Source: a virus. From it: a stretch of 64,000 nt of DNA. Position 1 is the stretch's first letter. Every line of letters begins with the position of its first letter. This document shows, piece after piece, positions 50,184-59,550 of the stretch. The stretch is from the IMG/VR virus record IMGVR_UViG_3300045988_052780; one strand, 5' to 3'. A program made the translations under genes and the position numbers. Below the pieces are notes generated by a model. The model was given only the letters and a program-made list of their open reading frames with translations. It ran no database searches and was not told where the DNA came from.

Positions 50184-50374
50184 ACTATTTTATCGAAGTT
50201 ATCGCTCATAGTTTGAATTGTAGCCGAATCATAGTGTTTTAATAAAGCAAGATAATAATCAAATATAGATTGGTACAAATCATCCTTTTCAGCATCAGTA
50301 AGGGAGTTGCCAGCAAGGGACACCATTAAATCAGCTATATTAGAGCTTAATAATACAGATGTTTTATTTATCAT
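50177..50374 (-). CDS. hypothetical protein
   Basis: Tiled ORF. Confidence 0.3.
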   Translation of the reverse strand: MINKTSVLLSSNIADLMVSLAGNSLTDAEKDDLYQSIFDYYLALLKHYDSATIQTMSDNFDKIVW

Positions 50375-50618
50375 CTAACGTTACAAATAAAGTAGCCAGT
50401 ATGTCCAGTATCTTTTTATCACTCATATCATTGATAGTTAGTAATGTTTCTCGAATTGAGAACACATCATTATCTGGGCGATAATGAGTTCTCATAACTC
50501 TAATGACATCATCTACATCTCTGATTAAAGTATCTTCATCATAAGCTATATCGTCCCTGTATTTAAAGAACTGGATTTTGGGCTTACCTTCCCTTCTATA
50601 TGCTACTATATAATTCAT
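50364..50618 (-). CDS. hypothetical protein
   Basis: Tiled ORF. Confidence 0.35.
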   Translation of the reverse strand: MNYIVAYRREGKPKIQFFKYRDDIAYDEDTLIRDVDDVIRVMRTHYRPDNDVFSIRETLLTINDMSDKKILDILATLFVTLDDK

Positions 50619-50923
50619 TCTCGTGTAAGTTCAAATTCACGCATAAAGTTAGCAAATACTTGTGCCAACGATTCATCTTGTTTGTTGTTATAGTAATAGT
50701 TGAATGCATGAAACACTTCATGCCAGAAAGAATTCTTAATCTGTTCTTCAGTCAGATTAATTACCTTTCCATCATCAGTCTTCATGCATTCTGCTACCTT
50801 TATTTCTAATGTTAGATTACAATGAGAACCAAAGGTATCACCATCATCTATAAAATCGCACAAAGTGACTTTATACCAATGATTGGCTATTCTAACCTTA
50901 CTAGGGATGTCATATTTATTCAT
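50615..50923 (-). CDS. hypothetical protein with an HExxH motif (WHEVFHAF); possible minimal zinc-metallopeptidase-like protein
   Basis: HEVFH is seen in the translation. No third zinc ligand was identified with confidence. Confidence 0.35.
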   Translation of the reverse strand: MNKYDIPSKVRIANHWYKVTLCDFIDDGDTFGSHCNLTLEIKVAECMKTDDGKVINLTEEQIKNSFWHEVFHAFNYYYNNKQDESLAQVFANFMREFELTRE

Positions 50924-52118
50924 AATCCCTAATACATTTTAGAACTGGCTGTAGAGGACAACCTTCATCGCTAAGATAGAAGTACTTCACAGTAGCCATC
51001 TTACCAATAATTTCATCCATTCTGTCAAGATATTCCCATTTTAACTCACGAGGACCCATAGGTTTGGCTTCAAACTCTTTACCCTCTTTAGTTTTACATA
51101 CAAATACCATGTCTTCGGGACGTAATCCTTCACTATAACCAACAATTTCAAATTCTGCGTCCTTATACATTTTGACTTTAATCATAGCATTAGTTCTTCC
51201 TCCAAAGTTATATACCTTAGAAGGATCACGAATAACTATTCCCTCAAAGCCTTCACCTACATACTTGTCATGTAGTTTCTGTATATTAGCCCAACCAACA
51301 ACTGTTTCTTGAGGAACTATTTGGAACTTCAATTCTCCATCATCCCATTCTCTTTCTGGATTGAAACCTAAATTCAATTCATCAGTAATGTCATGAAGAA
51401 TATCTAGTCGTTCCTCAAATGTTTTGGTACTATCCATTACATCATAAATATAATATTCAAGCCAATCCATTCCAGCTGTATCTTTCTCCAATCTTGCCGC
51501 ACCACTGATCTGCTGTAGAGATTTACCATGTTTATATAGTTCACCATCTAATACAATATCAGGATGCTCTTCAAAGAATTGAATAAGTTTTGGATTATGA
51601 CGCATGAAGGAAGTTGAAGCATCGTAATCACCACCTCCTCTAGAGGCAGTTCTTACTTCCCCATCCTTCCAATAGAAGGAGCATCTAACTCCATCTATCT
51701 TTCTGCTACCGTACCAATATTTGATTTTATCAAATACACTAGTAGCAACTTTGTCAGCTTGTTTAGCTAACATATGCTTCTTAAATCCATTTGAATCAGT
51801 AACACCATTACCTAAGTGTTCCTCAACAAATGCCTCAACTGCTACAGCATTATCAATTTTAATTGAAGATGGTAGCAGTTTATACCCTTTATCTGTGTAT
51901 TTCTTTAAATGAGAGTTATACTCTAATCGAGCCTGTTCAGATACGGTTCTTTTAACCTTACCTTTATAAATCCATATCTCTGGCTGTACAGTTACTTTAC
52001 CACCATATTGATATGTCTTTCTTCTAATAACAAACCCATGTTGAGCATCATCCCATTCGTAACTAATCTCAACTACTCTAGTTTTACCCTTGTTGTCTTT
52101 AGTTACTAATATGTCCAT
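50916..52118 (-). CDS. ATP-dependent DNA ligase
   Basis: Motif I is KIDGVR. Motif III is DIVLDGELY. Motif IV is EGIVIRD. Motif V is IKVKMYKD. The C-terminal OB domain has motif VI-like PLQPVLKCIRD. Confidence 0.8.
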   Translation of the reverse strand: MDILVTKDNKGKTRVVEISYEWDDAQHGFVIRRKTYQYGGKVTVQPEIWIYKGKVKRTVSEQARLEYNSHLKKYTDKGYKLLPSSIKIDNAVAVEAFVEEHLGNGVTDSNGFKKHMLAKQADKVATSVFDKIKYWYGSRKIDGVRCSFYWKDGEVRTASRGGGDYDASTSFMRHNPKLIQFFEEHPDIVLDGELYKHGKSLQQISGAARLEKDTAGMDWLEYYIYDVMDSTKTFEERLDILHDITDELNLGFNPEREWDDGELKFQIVPQETVVGWANIQKLHDKYVGEGFEGIVIRDPSKVYNFGGRTNAMIKVKMYKDAEFEIVGYSEGLRPEDMVFVCKTKEGKEFEAKPMGPRELKWEYLDRMDEIIGKMATVKYFYLSDEGCPLQPVLKCIRDYE

Positions 52119-52140
52119 ATTAATTTACACTCTTATGCAA

Positions 52141-52353
52141 TTAATCAAGATCGTCAATAGTTACAGATTCATTACAATCTTTAATGAGCGAGTTTACTAA
52201 TTCAGCACGCTCTGTAGTTAACTTCTTAGCTATCTCCTCTGCTTCCTCCGCCTTTGCACGATATTCAAATTGCATCGCATAGGCTTTCTGGATTTCTACA
52301 CCTAATTCTGTAATTTGCTTACTTCTAGTTATTACTTCTTCTGCGTTTATCAT
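52141..52353 (-). CDS. hypothetical coiled-coil protein
   Basis: Tiled ORF. Confidence 0.3.
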   Translation of the reverse strand: MINAEEVITRSKQITELGVEIQKAYAMQFEYRAKAEEAEEIAKKLTTERAELVNSLIKDCNESVTIDDLD

Positions 52354-52565
52354 ATAGATTTAACAGACTTATATTTAGAACCTTTATGCTTAGATACATA
52401 GTCCATAGCCTCGGCCCTACTAGAAGTCCACTTAGTAGGGCCACTTCTATCCGTATATATCACATATATGGATTCCGGCATAGAAGTAGGTTCATCTATT
52501 ATTTCATAACAAGCATCTTCAACAACTATATTTATATGTTGTCTTAATTTATCTTCTAACCCCAT
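52350..52565 (-). CDS. hypothetical protein
   Basis: Tiled ORF. Confidence 0.3.
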   Translation of the reverse strand: MGLEDKLRQHINIVVEDACYEIIDEPTSMPESIYVIYTDRSGPTKWTSSRAEAMDYVSKHKGSKYKSVKSI

Positions 52566-52984
52566 ATGTAATTATCTAATTGACGTGATTCCATAAATTC
52601 TCCTCTTAAATCTTTAACACATTTCATATCCCAGCGAGTTCCAGCATGTCTAAGAGCTACAGCTAGGTTATTATTGTATTCGAGATTGCTAGAGGGTATA
52701 AATAAATCTTTAGACTCCCATACTGTAGACAGATTAGTCTCCTCGTACTTTATAATGCACCATAAATGATTTCTATGGTCATACTTAGACTCTACTGTCT
52801 CAAATACAATCTTCTTAGTCTCTGGATTAACTGCGACTATTCTTGCATTTGTAATACCCTTTATCTTAAAGCATTTACCTATTACCTGACTTGCTAAGTC
52901 ATTCTGTACAGATACAAGAGCATCCTTCAGTTTAGAAGTAGCCGCAATCAATCCCTCAATCTCAGAAGGTATATAGTTATCCAT
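52556..52984 (-). CDS. hypothetical protein
   Basis: Tiled ORF, 142 aa. Confidence 0.4.
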   Translation of the reverse strand: MDNYIPSEIEGLIAATSKLKDALVSVQNDLASQVIGKCFKIKGITNARIVAVNPETKKIVFETVESKYDHRNHLWCIIKYEETNLSTVWESKDLFIPSSNLEYNNNLAVALRHAGTRWDMKCVKDLRGEFMESRQLDNYIWG

Positions 52985-52995
52985 TTAAGCAATAA

Positions 52996-53526
52996 TTAAT
53001 TAGTTCCAGTGTGTCCAAATCCACCTTTACGTTCTGTTTCATCTAATCTAGCGACTTCCTTCCACTCACAAGTCTCAACTTTAGTAAAGACTAATTGAGC
53101 TATACGTTCCTTGTCTTCAATCCATACTGCTTCATGCCCTAAGTTAATAAGAACTATGTGTATTTCATCCCTGTAATCAGCATCTACAGTACCAGGCGTG
53201 TTAAGTACAGTAATTCCTTTTTTCAGAGCTAGTCCACTCCTAGGTCTTACTTGACATTCTGCCACAAATCCATCTGTAGGCTCTGGAAGAGCAATTCTCA
53301 GTCCAGTCGGAATAAGTGCTCTAGCTCCTGGATCCAATCTTAGCATAGTTACTTTATTACCGTCCATTTTAGGTGATGCGAATACGACCTCGCAGTCACC
53401 AAAAGCTTTAATAGGATTATCAACTGTCACTCTACTAAAGTCTGCACGTACATCCATGCCTGCTGACATGGGAGTTTCGTACTGAGGAAGCTTGTTGTTG
53501 GATAAATTAATTACTTGTACTTTCAT
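52996..53526 (-). CDS. dut: dUTP pyrophosphatase
   Basis: dUTPase motifs are present. Motif 1 is SAGMD. Motif 3 is [16 protein letters not shown]. Motif 5 is RKGGFGHTG. Confidence 0.9.
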   Translation of the reverse strand: MKVQVINLSNNKLPQYETPMSAGMDVRADFSRVTVDNPIKAFGDCEVVFASPKMDGNKVTMLRLDPGARALIPTGLRIALPEPTDGFVAECQVRPRSGLALKKGITVLNTPGTVDADYRDEIHIVLINLGHEAVWIEDKERIAQLVFTKVETCEWKEVARLDETERKGGFGHTGTN

Positions 53527-54028
53527 TGAGTGTAAACGAATAAATTGAATTCTTAGTTTTAAATATCTTTTTATTCCAATCTATAGACATTATATTAGAA
53601 GTAGTATACCACCTATCAGTATTATCAAGGACTAATGGTAGACCTTCTGTAAAGGCGGGAGTCACACCTGATTCTGTAAACCCTACCTTTTGTCTAGCAT
53701 TATTAATTCCCTTAATCTTAGTGATAGTCATATATCCTTTTTTAGCATGTTCCAAAGAGTAATCTTTGAACCACTTAATAATGACTTCAAATTTACATTC
53801 ATCAGCTTCGGTATAAAATGCTTTCACCAATAAATCATTATCATAGACTGCTAGGAATGGATTCTCTCTGGCACTACAACTCCCTTTAATCTTAAATGCC
53901 TTCTTACGCTCCTTATAATGGTTTATATCGAAGGTTTCTAAATTGAAGCAATACCCAGCCATTTCTGTTAATTGATCTCTCAACTTAGTGGAAGACTGGC
54001 TATCGTAAACATATTTAAACGTTAGCAT
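53507..54028 (-). CDS. hypothetical protein
   Basis: Tiled ORF, 173 aa. Confidence 0.4.
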   Translation of the reverse strand: MLTFKYVYDSQSSTKLRDQLTEMAGYCFNLETFDINHYKERKKAFKIKGSCSARENPFLAVYDNDLLVKAFYTEADECKFEVIIKWFKDYSLEHAKKGYMTITKIKGINNARQKVGFTESGVTPAFTEGLPLVLDNTDRWYTTSNIMSIDWNKKIFKTKNSIYSFTLNESTSN

Positions 54029-54438
54029 TCAACTATATAATATTTAGGAAATATAATTCCATCTATTTCTAGTTCTACTTCCTGAACAGTATCAAACACA
54101 TCAAATATACTGTCATAGTAAGCATCAGCCATCTCTTTACATGTCACTACAGATGGTTGATTAGACTGACCCTCCATTGTTTGTTTAAGTGAGTCTCTAT
54201 AGTTGTTAACTACCCTATTAGCATCGCCATCATCTAGAATAAGAATAACTTTACCGTTAATTCTGTATTCATAGATGCCATTCCATATACTTTCTTCTTC
54301 GGAACATGTATTTAGAAATGGTTCTAACTCTGCTTCAGTGGCAGTATTGAGTCCTAAATGATAAGCAGTCATATATAACTGCCCTGGATTTTCAAATCCC
54401 TTTAATCTTGCTAATTTAATAAAATCTGTGTAGTGCAT
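54022..54438 (-). CDS. hypothetical protein
   Basis: Tiled ORF, 138 aa. Confidence 0.4.
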   Translation of the reverse strand: MHYTDFIKLARLKGFENPGQLYMTAYHLGLNTATEAELEPFLNTCSEEESIWNGIYEYRINGKVILILDDGDANRVVNNYRDSLKQTMEGQSNQPSVVTCKEMADAYYDSIFDVFDTVQEVELEIDGIIFPKYYIVEC

Positions 54439-54443
54439 AGTAA

Positions 54444-55808
54444 TTAACTTAATATATAAGCATTAGTTTTGGTTCTTGATAAAGATACATATTGAAGCTG
54501 TCTAAGTTCATTAATATCTCTATCCAACTTTAGATTACCCATGTCTACGAACACATTGTTATAGGAACTCCCTTGACTTCTGTGTGCAGTTATGGCATAA
54601 CCATAGTCGAACGTCTGTGGCTTAATAACTCTATTATCAAATAACAGAGGAACTGGAGTAGCAAACGATTTTACCATATCGAAATATATACCCCATAAAT
54701 ACTTAGATTTAGTCCTATTACTCCACTTTTTAGCTTGTATTGCATCAAGCCTTACAGATTCTATCTTCTGAGCAAGTGTATGTAAATAGTCAGGATTTAT
54801 ATTATCTGGGTCTATTATGAATACGTTCATTAATCTCTTATCAACGCTATCATATAGGCCCAGCTCGAACCCCGAAAGTCTCATAAAATGAGGAATGTTT
54901 CTAGAGGTTCTGCGTATGTTAATAATAATATAGTCAGAAGAATTAAAGAACATGTCGCCATCGTATTCAAAGTTCTCACACCCAGTTAGAAACTCTGATT
55001 TATGATATGGCTCATTGTCTGTAAATAATAATCTTCTGACACAATCATTAAAACCTTTTACGCGCTTATTAGTATATGCTATAAGTTTAGTATGGTTTAC
55101 ATTATTATGTGTCATACCATACTTAATTTCTGGTAAGGCATCTAGCATAAACTCTTTAGCATTATTATAGCAAAAGAGAGAACCCTTCTCTCCGATTCGT
55201 GTTTCAAATCTAGCTATAGGATTCTCTCTTAATGTTAATAATATGGGTGCTAGGGCAGTGTCTTCATCTTGTCTGAATATCTTAGTAAGACGTATTACAT
55301 TCTCATGTTCGAACACCTTACTAAGACCTCCATTATTCACTGGAGCTATTTGGGCAATGTCCCCTATAAACAGAATCTTACACTGATAAAATTCACAATA
55401 GTCTACAAGTAGATCGTAAAGTTCATCACTAACCATAGAGGCTTCATCTATGATAATTAATCCCTTATTAGGAATGTTACCCATACCTTCAGAATAGAAC
55501 TTCAAATCCTTGTAGTCTAAGTTAAATATATCTAGCTTGGGAGATAATGCTAATAGTTTATGTAATGTAGTAGCTGTATAGCCTGTAGCCATCTCTAGGA
55601 CTGCTTTAGCTTTGTGAGTAGGAGCACACAACTTAAAGAATTCTGTTCCTTTGGTACTATCTAAATACTGTACGAACTCATTCATAACTGCTGTTTTACC
55701 TACTCCAGCATATCCAGTAAGAACTAATATTCTTTCCGGACTATCTAAGAACTTAATCATCTTATCAATAGCATACAACTGCTCATCTGACCAAGCTATC
55801 TTATTCAT
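54444..55808 (-). CDS. dda: Dda-like SF1B DNA helicase
   Basis: Four blocks align to T4 Dda. TGYAGVGKT aligns to NGPAGTGKT. FIGDIAQIAPV aligns to IGDNKQIRPV. TAHRSQGSSYNNVFV aligns to TFHKAQGMSVDRAFI. YVSLSRTKTNAYIL aligns to YVGVTRGRYDVFYV. Confidence 0.9.
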   Translation of the reverse strand: MNKIAWSDEQLYAIDKMIKFLDSPERILVLTGYAGVGKTAVMNEFVQYLDSTKGTEFFKLCAPTHKAKAVLEMATGYTATTLHKLLALSPKLDIFNLDYKDLKFYSEGMGNIPNKGLIIIDEASMVSDELYDLLVDYCEFYQCKILFIGDIAQIAPVNNGGLSKVFEHENVIRLTKIFRQDEDTALAPILLTLRENPIARFETRIGEKGSLFCYNNAKEFMLDALPEIKYGMTHNNVNHTKLIAYTNKRVKGFNDCVRRLLFTDNEPYHKSEFLTGCENFEYDGDMFFNSSDYIIINIRRTSRNIPHFMRLSGFELGLYDSVDKRLMNVFIIDPDNINPDYLHTLAQKIESVRLDAIQAKKWSNRTKSKYLWGIYFDMVKSFATPVPLLFDNRVIKPQTFDYGYAITAHRSQGSSYNNVFVDMGNLKLDRDINELRQLQYVSLSRTKTNAYILS

Positions 55809-55810
55809 AA

Positions 55811-56386
55811 CTATTTATCCCAAAATTTATAAGTTATGTTTGTTAACTTGTACTCTCCATCCTCAACTATAACCTTATAAAGCCTTTGGTTGGTGTTTGG
55901 ATTATTAAGTGGTCCACATTCTTCAATGTAAGGGCCGAGCTTAACGTAATTAAAGTTCTTCAGATCAATTTCCTCTGCTAATGTAGCTCTACCACTATAC
56001 CACCCAATCTTTATGTTAAGTGGTACTGTCTCCTGCCATTGCATCTCAGTTTCAGCCGGAATTGTTACCTTAGGAAACTTTACCTCTTTATGAATAGTAA
56101 AGGAATCTACTATCTTAGTAGTAGTTAATGCCCTTACTAAACCAGCATAGTGATTAATGAGTTTAGGGTCATTATCGCCACCCATAAAACAGATAGCAGT
56201 AATACCTTTATTCTCATTAATGAGTTTCTCTATTCTAGTAATTGTTAGAGGTTCTCCAATATCCTCTGCCAAGTAAGAGCTATGACAGCCTGGACAATGG
56301 CAGGGACAATTGGATATATTAATGGCAAGAGTGGTTTCATCAGGAATTTCCCTAAATACTATGTCATATCCTACATATTTAAGCAT
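55811..56386 (-). CDS. nrdG: anaerobic ribonucleotide reductase activating protein (radical SAM)
   Basis: YVGYDIVF...NISNCPCHCPGCHSSY aligns to the E. coli NrdG N-terminus (YYPVDIVNGPG...GCVHECPGCYN). The start was moved to the ATG at 56384-86; the ORF track begins earlier. This ATG overlaps the nrdD stop as ATGCTTAA. Confidence 0.8.
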   Translation of the reverse strand: MLKYVGYDIVFREIPDETTLAINISNCPCHCPGCHSSYLAEDIGEPLTITRIEKLINENKGITAICFMGGDNDPKLINHYAGLVRALTTTKIVDSFTIHKEVKFPKVTIPAETEMQWQETVPLNIKIGWYSGRATLAEEIDLKNFNYVKLGPYIEECGPLNNPNTNQRLYKVIVEDGEYKLTNITYKFWDK

Positions 56387-56651
56387 GTGCGTAGAATCTT
56401 CTGCTAGCTTCTTCTTGTCTTGCTTGACTGAAGTTACTAACACGTTTTAAATAACCGATAACTCTAGTAGCATAATCAATGTTCTTACTACCACACTTAG
56501 GACATTCTTTGAGATATCTTTTATCAATATGTCCACAATCATTACAAATAGTATTTGGAATATTAAATGTGAAATAGTTAGTACCATTGACAGCTGCAAC
56601 CTTTAATAGGTTACGATACTGTTCTTTGCTAAGATGTTCATCTAGATTCAT
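56379..56651 (-). CDS. nrdD: anaerobic ribonucleotide reductase NrdD, exon 3 (C-terminal zinc-ribbon and glycyl-radical segment)
   Basis: The zinc ribbon is CNDCGH ... CPKCGS. The glycyl radical motif ATRVIGYL matches RVCGY. The true exon start lies a few codons upstream of the Met shown in the ORF track. Confidence 0.8.
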   Translation of the reverse strand: MNLDEHLSKEQYRNLLKVAAVNGTNYFTFNIPNTICNDCGHIDKRYLKECPKCGSKNIDYATRVIGYLKRVSNFSQARQEEASRRFYAHA

Positions 56652-56659
56652 GTGGAGGG

Positions 56660-57720
56660 CGCTACCCGTGTTTATCTAATGTTTCCATTAGCACTGACTA
56701 TATCTTAACGGAAGTACTTCCGCAATATCCATTTCAAGCAGCGTACCAATAGCTGCCTTACTCCTCCGATCCGAGGATAGTCGATACAGGATTATAATTA
56801 TCAATGTTTATCTCCTGACCATTAAGTAGCCAGGCAGATTTAACTTTACTGTAGATTGGAAGATGTTTATATGAATTAGCAATTAAACCTCTAAAGCTAT
56901 CTTTAGATTTACTTCTGCTACCATACTTCTCATATGTTTCTGTTAAGGTATGATTAGTATAATACTTACGTATCTCTAAGACTTCTTCGTCAGAGTATAT
57001 TGCATTACCATTCAAACTTCCTGGATTACTCTTTTGAGAACTATGATGTACTTTATTAGATTCAGTATAAACTTCCGGCATAACAGATTGCCAAGTAATT
57101 CCTTCCCAAATCTTCTGAAATGCTGAGTAGGAGATTCTATCCTTAAACATCTCCCAACATTCCTTACATCTCAAGTCTCCATAAGAGTAAATCTCTCGAA
57201 TTTGAATTACATCTTCCACTTTAAGTTTAGCTCTAGGGTTTCCGTCTAACTGGTTAGATTCACCTCCCCCAGTAATATTATATCCTTTATCAGGATTCCT
57301 GGAATCAAAGGTCTTTATATAGTACCTCTCTAATTCCCCAAGCTTCTTAAAGTCGTCAGTATTATCTATCTCTTCTATAGTAAAGTTCTCAAGACCGTAT
57401 TTACGCATAGACCTATATAAGTGTCTATCACACACTCTACTGTCTCTTATGTGACCTCTCCATCTTGCTTCTAGTGTAACTGTAGTTAAACCTATATACA
57501 CCTTGCCGTTAATACTGTTAGTAATTTTATAGATGATCATTATATTAATAATTTCTACAAATTTACTAATTTAAATGGAGATGTGCAACTCATACATCAT
57601 AATTAATTTCCCACGGGATTACCATACATCTAGTCTCACGACTCAAGCTTCAGGCTTCCCCGTTAGCATAGTTAATTACTATACCCGTCTGGTTAAACGC
57701 AAAGATATAACAGGCGATTG
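56660..57720 (-). mobile_element. group I intron (approximate bounds) in nrdD carrying a GIY-YIG endonuclease
   Basis: On the minus strand an R-like element GTGAGACTAGATG (57627-42) lies upstream of the endonuclease ORF. An S element AAGATATAGTC and a P9 hairpin CTAATG/CATTAG lie downstream (56675-56705). Splice sites are not resolved by eye. Confidence 0.5.
56758..57540 (-). CDS. GIY-YIG homing endonuclease (I-TevI/Seg-like)
   Basis: IYKITNSINGKVYIGLT ... RWRGH ... NITGGGE matches the GIY-YIG catalytic domain. A C-terminal basic DNA-binding region follows. Confidence 0.85.
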   Translation of the reverse strand: MIIYKITNSINGKVYIGLTTVTLEARWRGHIRDSRVCDRHLYRSMRKYGLENFTIEEIDNTDDFKKLGELERYYIKTFDSRNPDKGYNITGGGESNQLDGNPRAKLKVEDVIQIREIYSYGDLRCKECWEMFKDRISYSAFQKIWEGITWQSVMPEVYTESNKVHHSSQKSNPGSLNGNAIYSDEEVLEIRKYYTNHTLTETYEKYGSRSKSKDSFRGLIANSYKHLPIYSKVKSAWLLNGQEINIDNYNPVSTILGSEE

Positions 57721-58488
57721 TTCACCATCAAGATACTTGATATAATCTTTACCATGTAGTTTAAATTTATCAAGTATAGTCAAGGAAGTATCTTCTACAG
57801 CATAGAAGTAACTATTATAGCAATCTCTTGGTACAAAGTAACCTGCCTTCCTGTCCCACATAGCATGTTTAACTCCCAGGTTCTCCGCTGGGACAAACTC
57901 ACAGTTAAACATCAACTCCTTAGTTCTAGCTTTACGATTTTCATCGCTAATAGTCTTAAGGATAGATTGCATAAATTCTCTGTAAGTAGGATTGTCATTA
58001 ACTGGAATTCCTAAGAACTCAGCAGCTTCGATAACTCCATTAACACCTACAGTTAAATACTGTTTCTTCATATGAATGAATCCAGCAGAATAGACAGTTA
58101 GTAAACCATCATTTAAATAGTCTTTGAGTAATTCATTATATGCAGTTTGATATTTATGAACTTTCTGAACGTTTTCACGTAAATACTCAATCATATCGTA
58201 TCCGTTATTAACTGCATCTTGAACTAATCTATTAATATTTAAAGTCATTACAGATTTGCTACCAGTAGCAATACCACCAGCTCCAAGAGAATAACTAAAT
58301 TGATTATCAGTTACTTCATTGCGAAGTCTACAACAACTTGACAGACTATCTGCTGAATCAGACATATAAGTAAAGAATGAGTGTCCCTTACTATACATCT
58401 CTGCTGTAAAGTCTGCCCATTCTTTATCTACTACATCCTCTCCATCAGTAAGAAGTGCTACAGTTTCGACCATTCTGTTACACCTCAC
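57679..58488 (-). CDS. nrdD: anaerobic ribonucleotide reductase NrdD, exon 2 (middle segment)
   Basis: The segment contains SSCCRLRN and lies collinear with exons 1 and 3. Its first codon in the ORF track is GTG, so it is not an initiator. The 3' tail probably reads through into the intron. Confidence 0.75.
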   Translation of the reverse strand: MRCNRMVETVALLTDGEDVVDKEWADFTAEMYSKGHSFFTYMSDSADSLSSCCRLRNEVTDNQFSYSLGAGGIATGSKSVMTLNINRLVQDAVNNGYDMIEYLRENVQKVHKYQTAYNELLKDYLNDGLLTVYSAGFIHMKKQYLTVGVNGVIEAAEFLGIPVNDNPTYREFMQSILKTISDENRKARTKELMFNCEFVPAENLGVKHAMWDRKAGYFVPRDCYNSYFYAVEDTSLTILDKFKLHGKDYIKYLDGEQSPVISLRLTRRV

Positions 58489-59550
58489 CCTCGGTAGGTG
58501 AGTGATTTATTAAGTATTCGTATTTCTTGTTCTCACTACTAACTATCTTGCCATAGATTTCTATTTCGTGTAATAGTCTATTCTTGATAGCCTCTTCTTC
58601 CGTGTCATACCATTCGATTAAGGATTCTCCATCCTTCTTTATATAGCATCTCCAGCATTTACCATCTCGTCTATTAGAGTGATAACTAACACCTACTACT
58701 TTACCGTAGTGTCTGTTAACTACATTTATTGCTTGAGATACTACTCTAAGATTCTCCATTCTATTGTCTAGTCTAATTCCATTAATATGGTCCACTACAG
58801 TCTTAGCATCGTAACCCTCTGTTTCAGTCAGAATCTTATGAATTAGCCGCGTCTTACCATCAGTTTTAGTTACTGCGTAACCTTCACTATTAATATAAAT
58901 CTTAAACTGTTGTAAGAACTCTTTCTTATCTAAATCGAATATTACTTCACCAGTGATTTCACCATGTACTCCTCTACATACACAGACATTATCTCTCCAC
59001 TCATTAGCATCCTTCTGGGTGAATTGAGATATCTCTCCATGTCTATACATTTGTAAATAGTGCTTTCTACAATAATACTGTCCATCTCCCTTAAACTTAC
59101 TTACTCTACCAGTGCCATTACCGACACTAGCTCCACATATACAGCAAATTCTTTCGTTAGTCTCCATATTTATAAAGTTGTTACTTGTTTCACTTAATGA
59201 GACAAAGATACAACTTATTCCCAATAGAAACTAACTTTAATGGACATACTTAATAAACGGGAGAATACTTCAATTCTCCTCTATATGTTACCATATAGTT
59301 CCGACTATCGCATACCTTAATACATTATATTCACACATAACGTATTAAAGTCCTCTATATTTAGTCTGTCAGGCTGCACACTTAACGTTGCTTGCCCCCT
59401 GTTGTCCTAATATTAGGAGTTCCAAGTCAATTAATAGAGGTTTTAATTCCCCATCGAAATTCCAAGGGAATGTAAGAATACACTTAGTGCGTTCATTATT
59501 AAACCAAGTCATAAACTTCTTCTGTAACCAGTTCAAAGAATCCCATATGG
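58450..59550 (-). mobile_element. group I intron (approximate bounds) in nrdD carrying an HNH-AP2 endonuclease
   Basis: On the minus strand a P-like GGAATTTCGATGGGGAA lies near 59445-69. A Q-like GTGTGCAGCC and an R GACAGACTAAAT lie at 59356-82. An S GCGATAGTCGG lies at 59301-11. The endonuclease ORF is in the 3' (P9) region. The exon 1 ORF tail overlaps these core elements, so it reads through into the intron. Confidence 0.5.
58478..59167 (-). CDS. HNH homing endonuclease with AP2-like DNA-binding domain
   Basis: HNH motif is DHINGIRLDNRMENLRVVSQAIN. The AP2-like segment is GVSYHSNRRDGKCWRCYIKKDGE. The N-terminal CCICG...CRKHY resembles a zinc finger. The ORF track start is a TTG; the first ATG is at 59165-67. 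Confidence 0.85.
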   Translation of the reverse strand: METNERICCICGASVGNGTGRVSKFKGDGQYYCRKHYLQMYRHGEISQFTQKDANEWRDNVCVCRGVHGEITGEVIFDLDKKEFLQQFKIYINSEGYAVTKTDGKTRLIHKILTETEGYDAKTVVDHINGIRLDNRMENLRVVSQAINVVNRHYGKVVGVSYHSNRRDGKCWRCYIKKDGESLIEWYDTEEEAIKNRLLHEIEIYGKIVSSENKKYEYLINHSPTEGEV

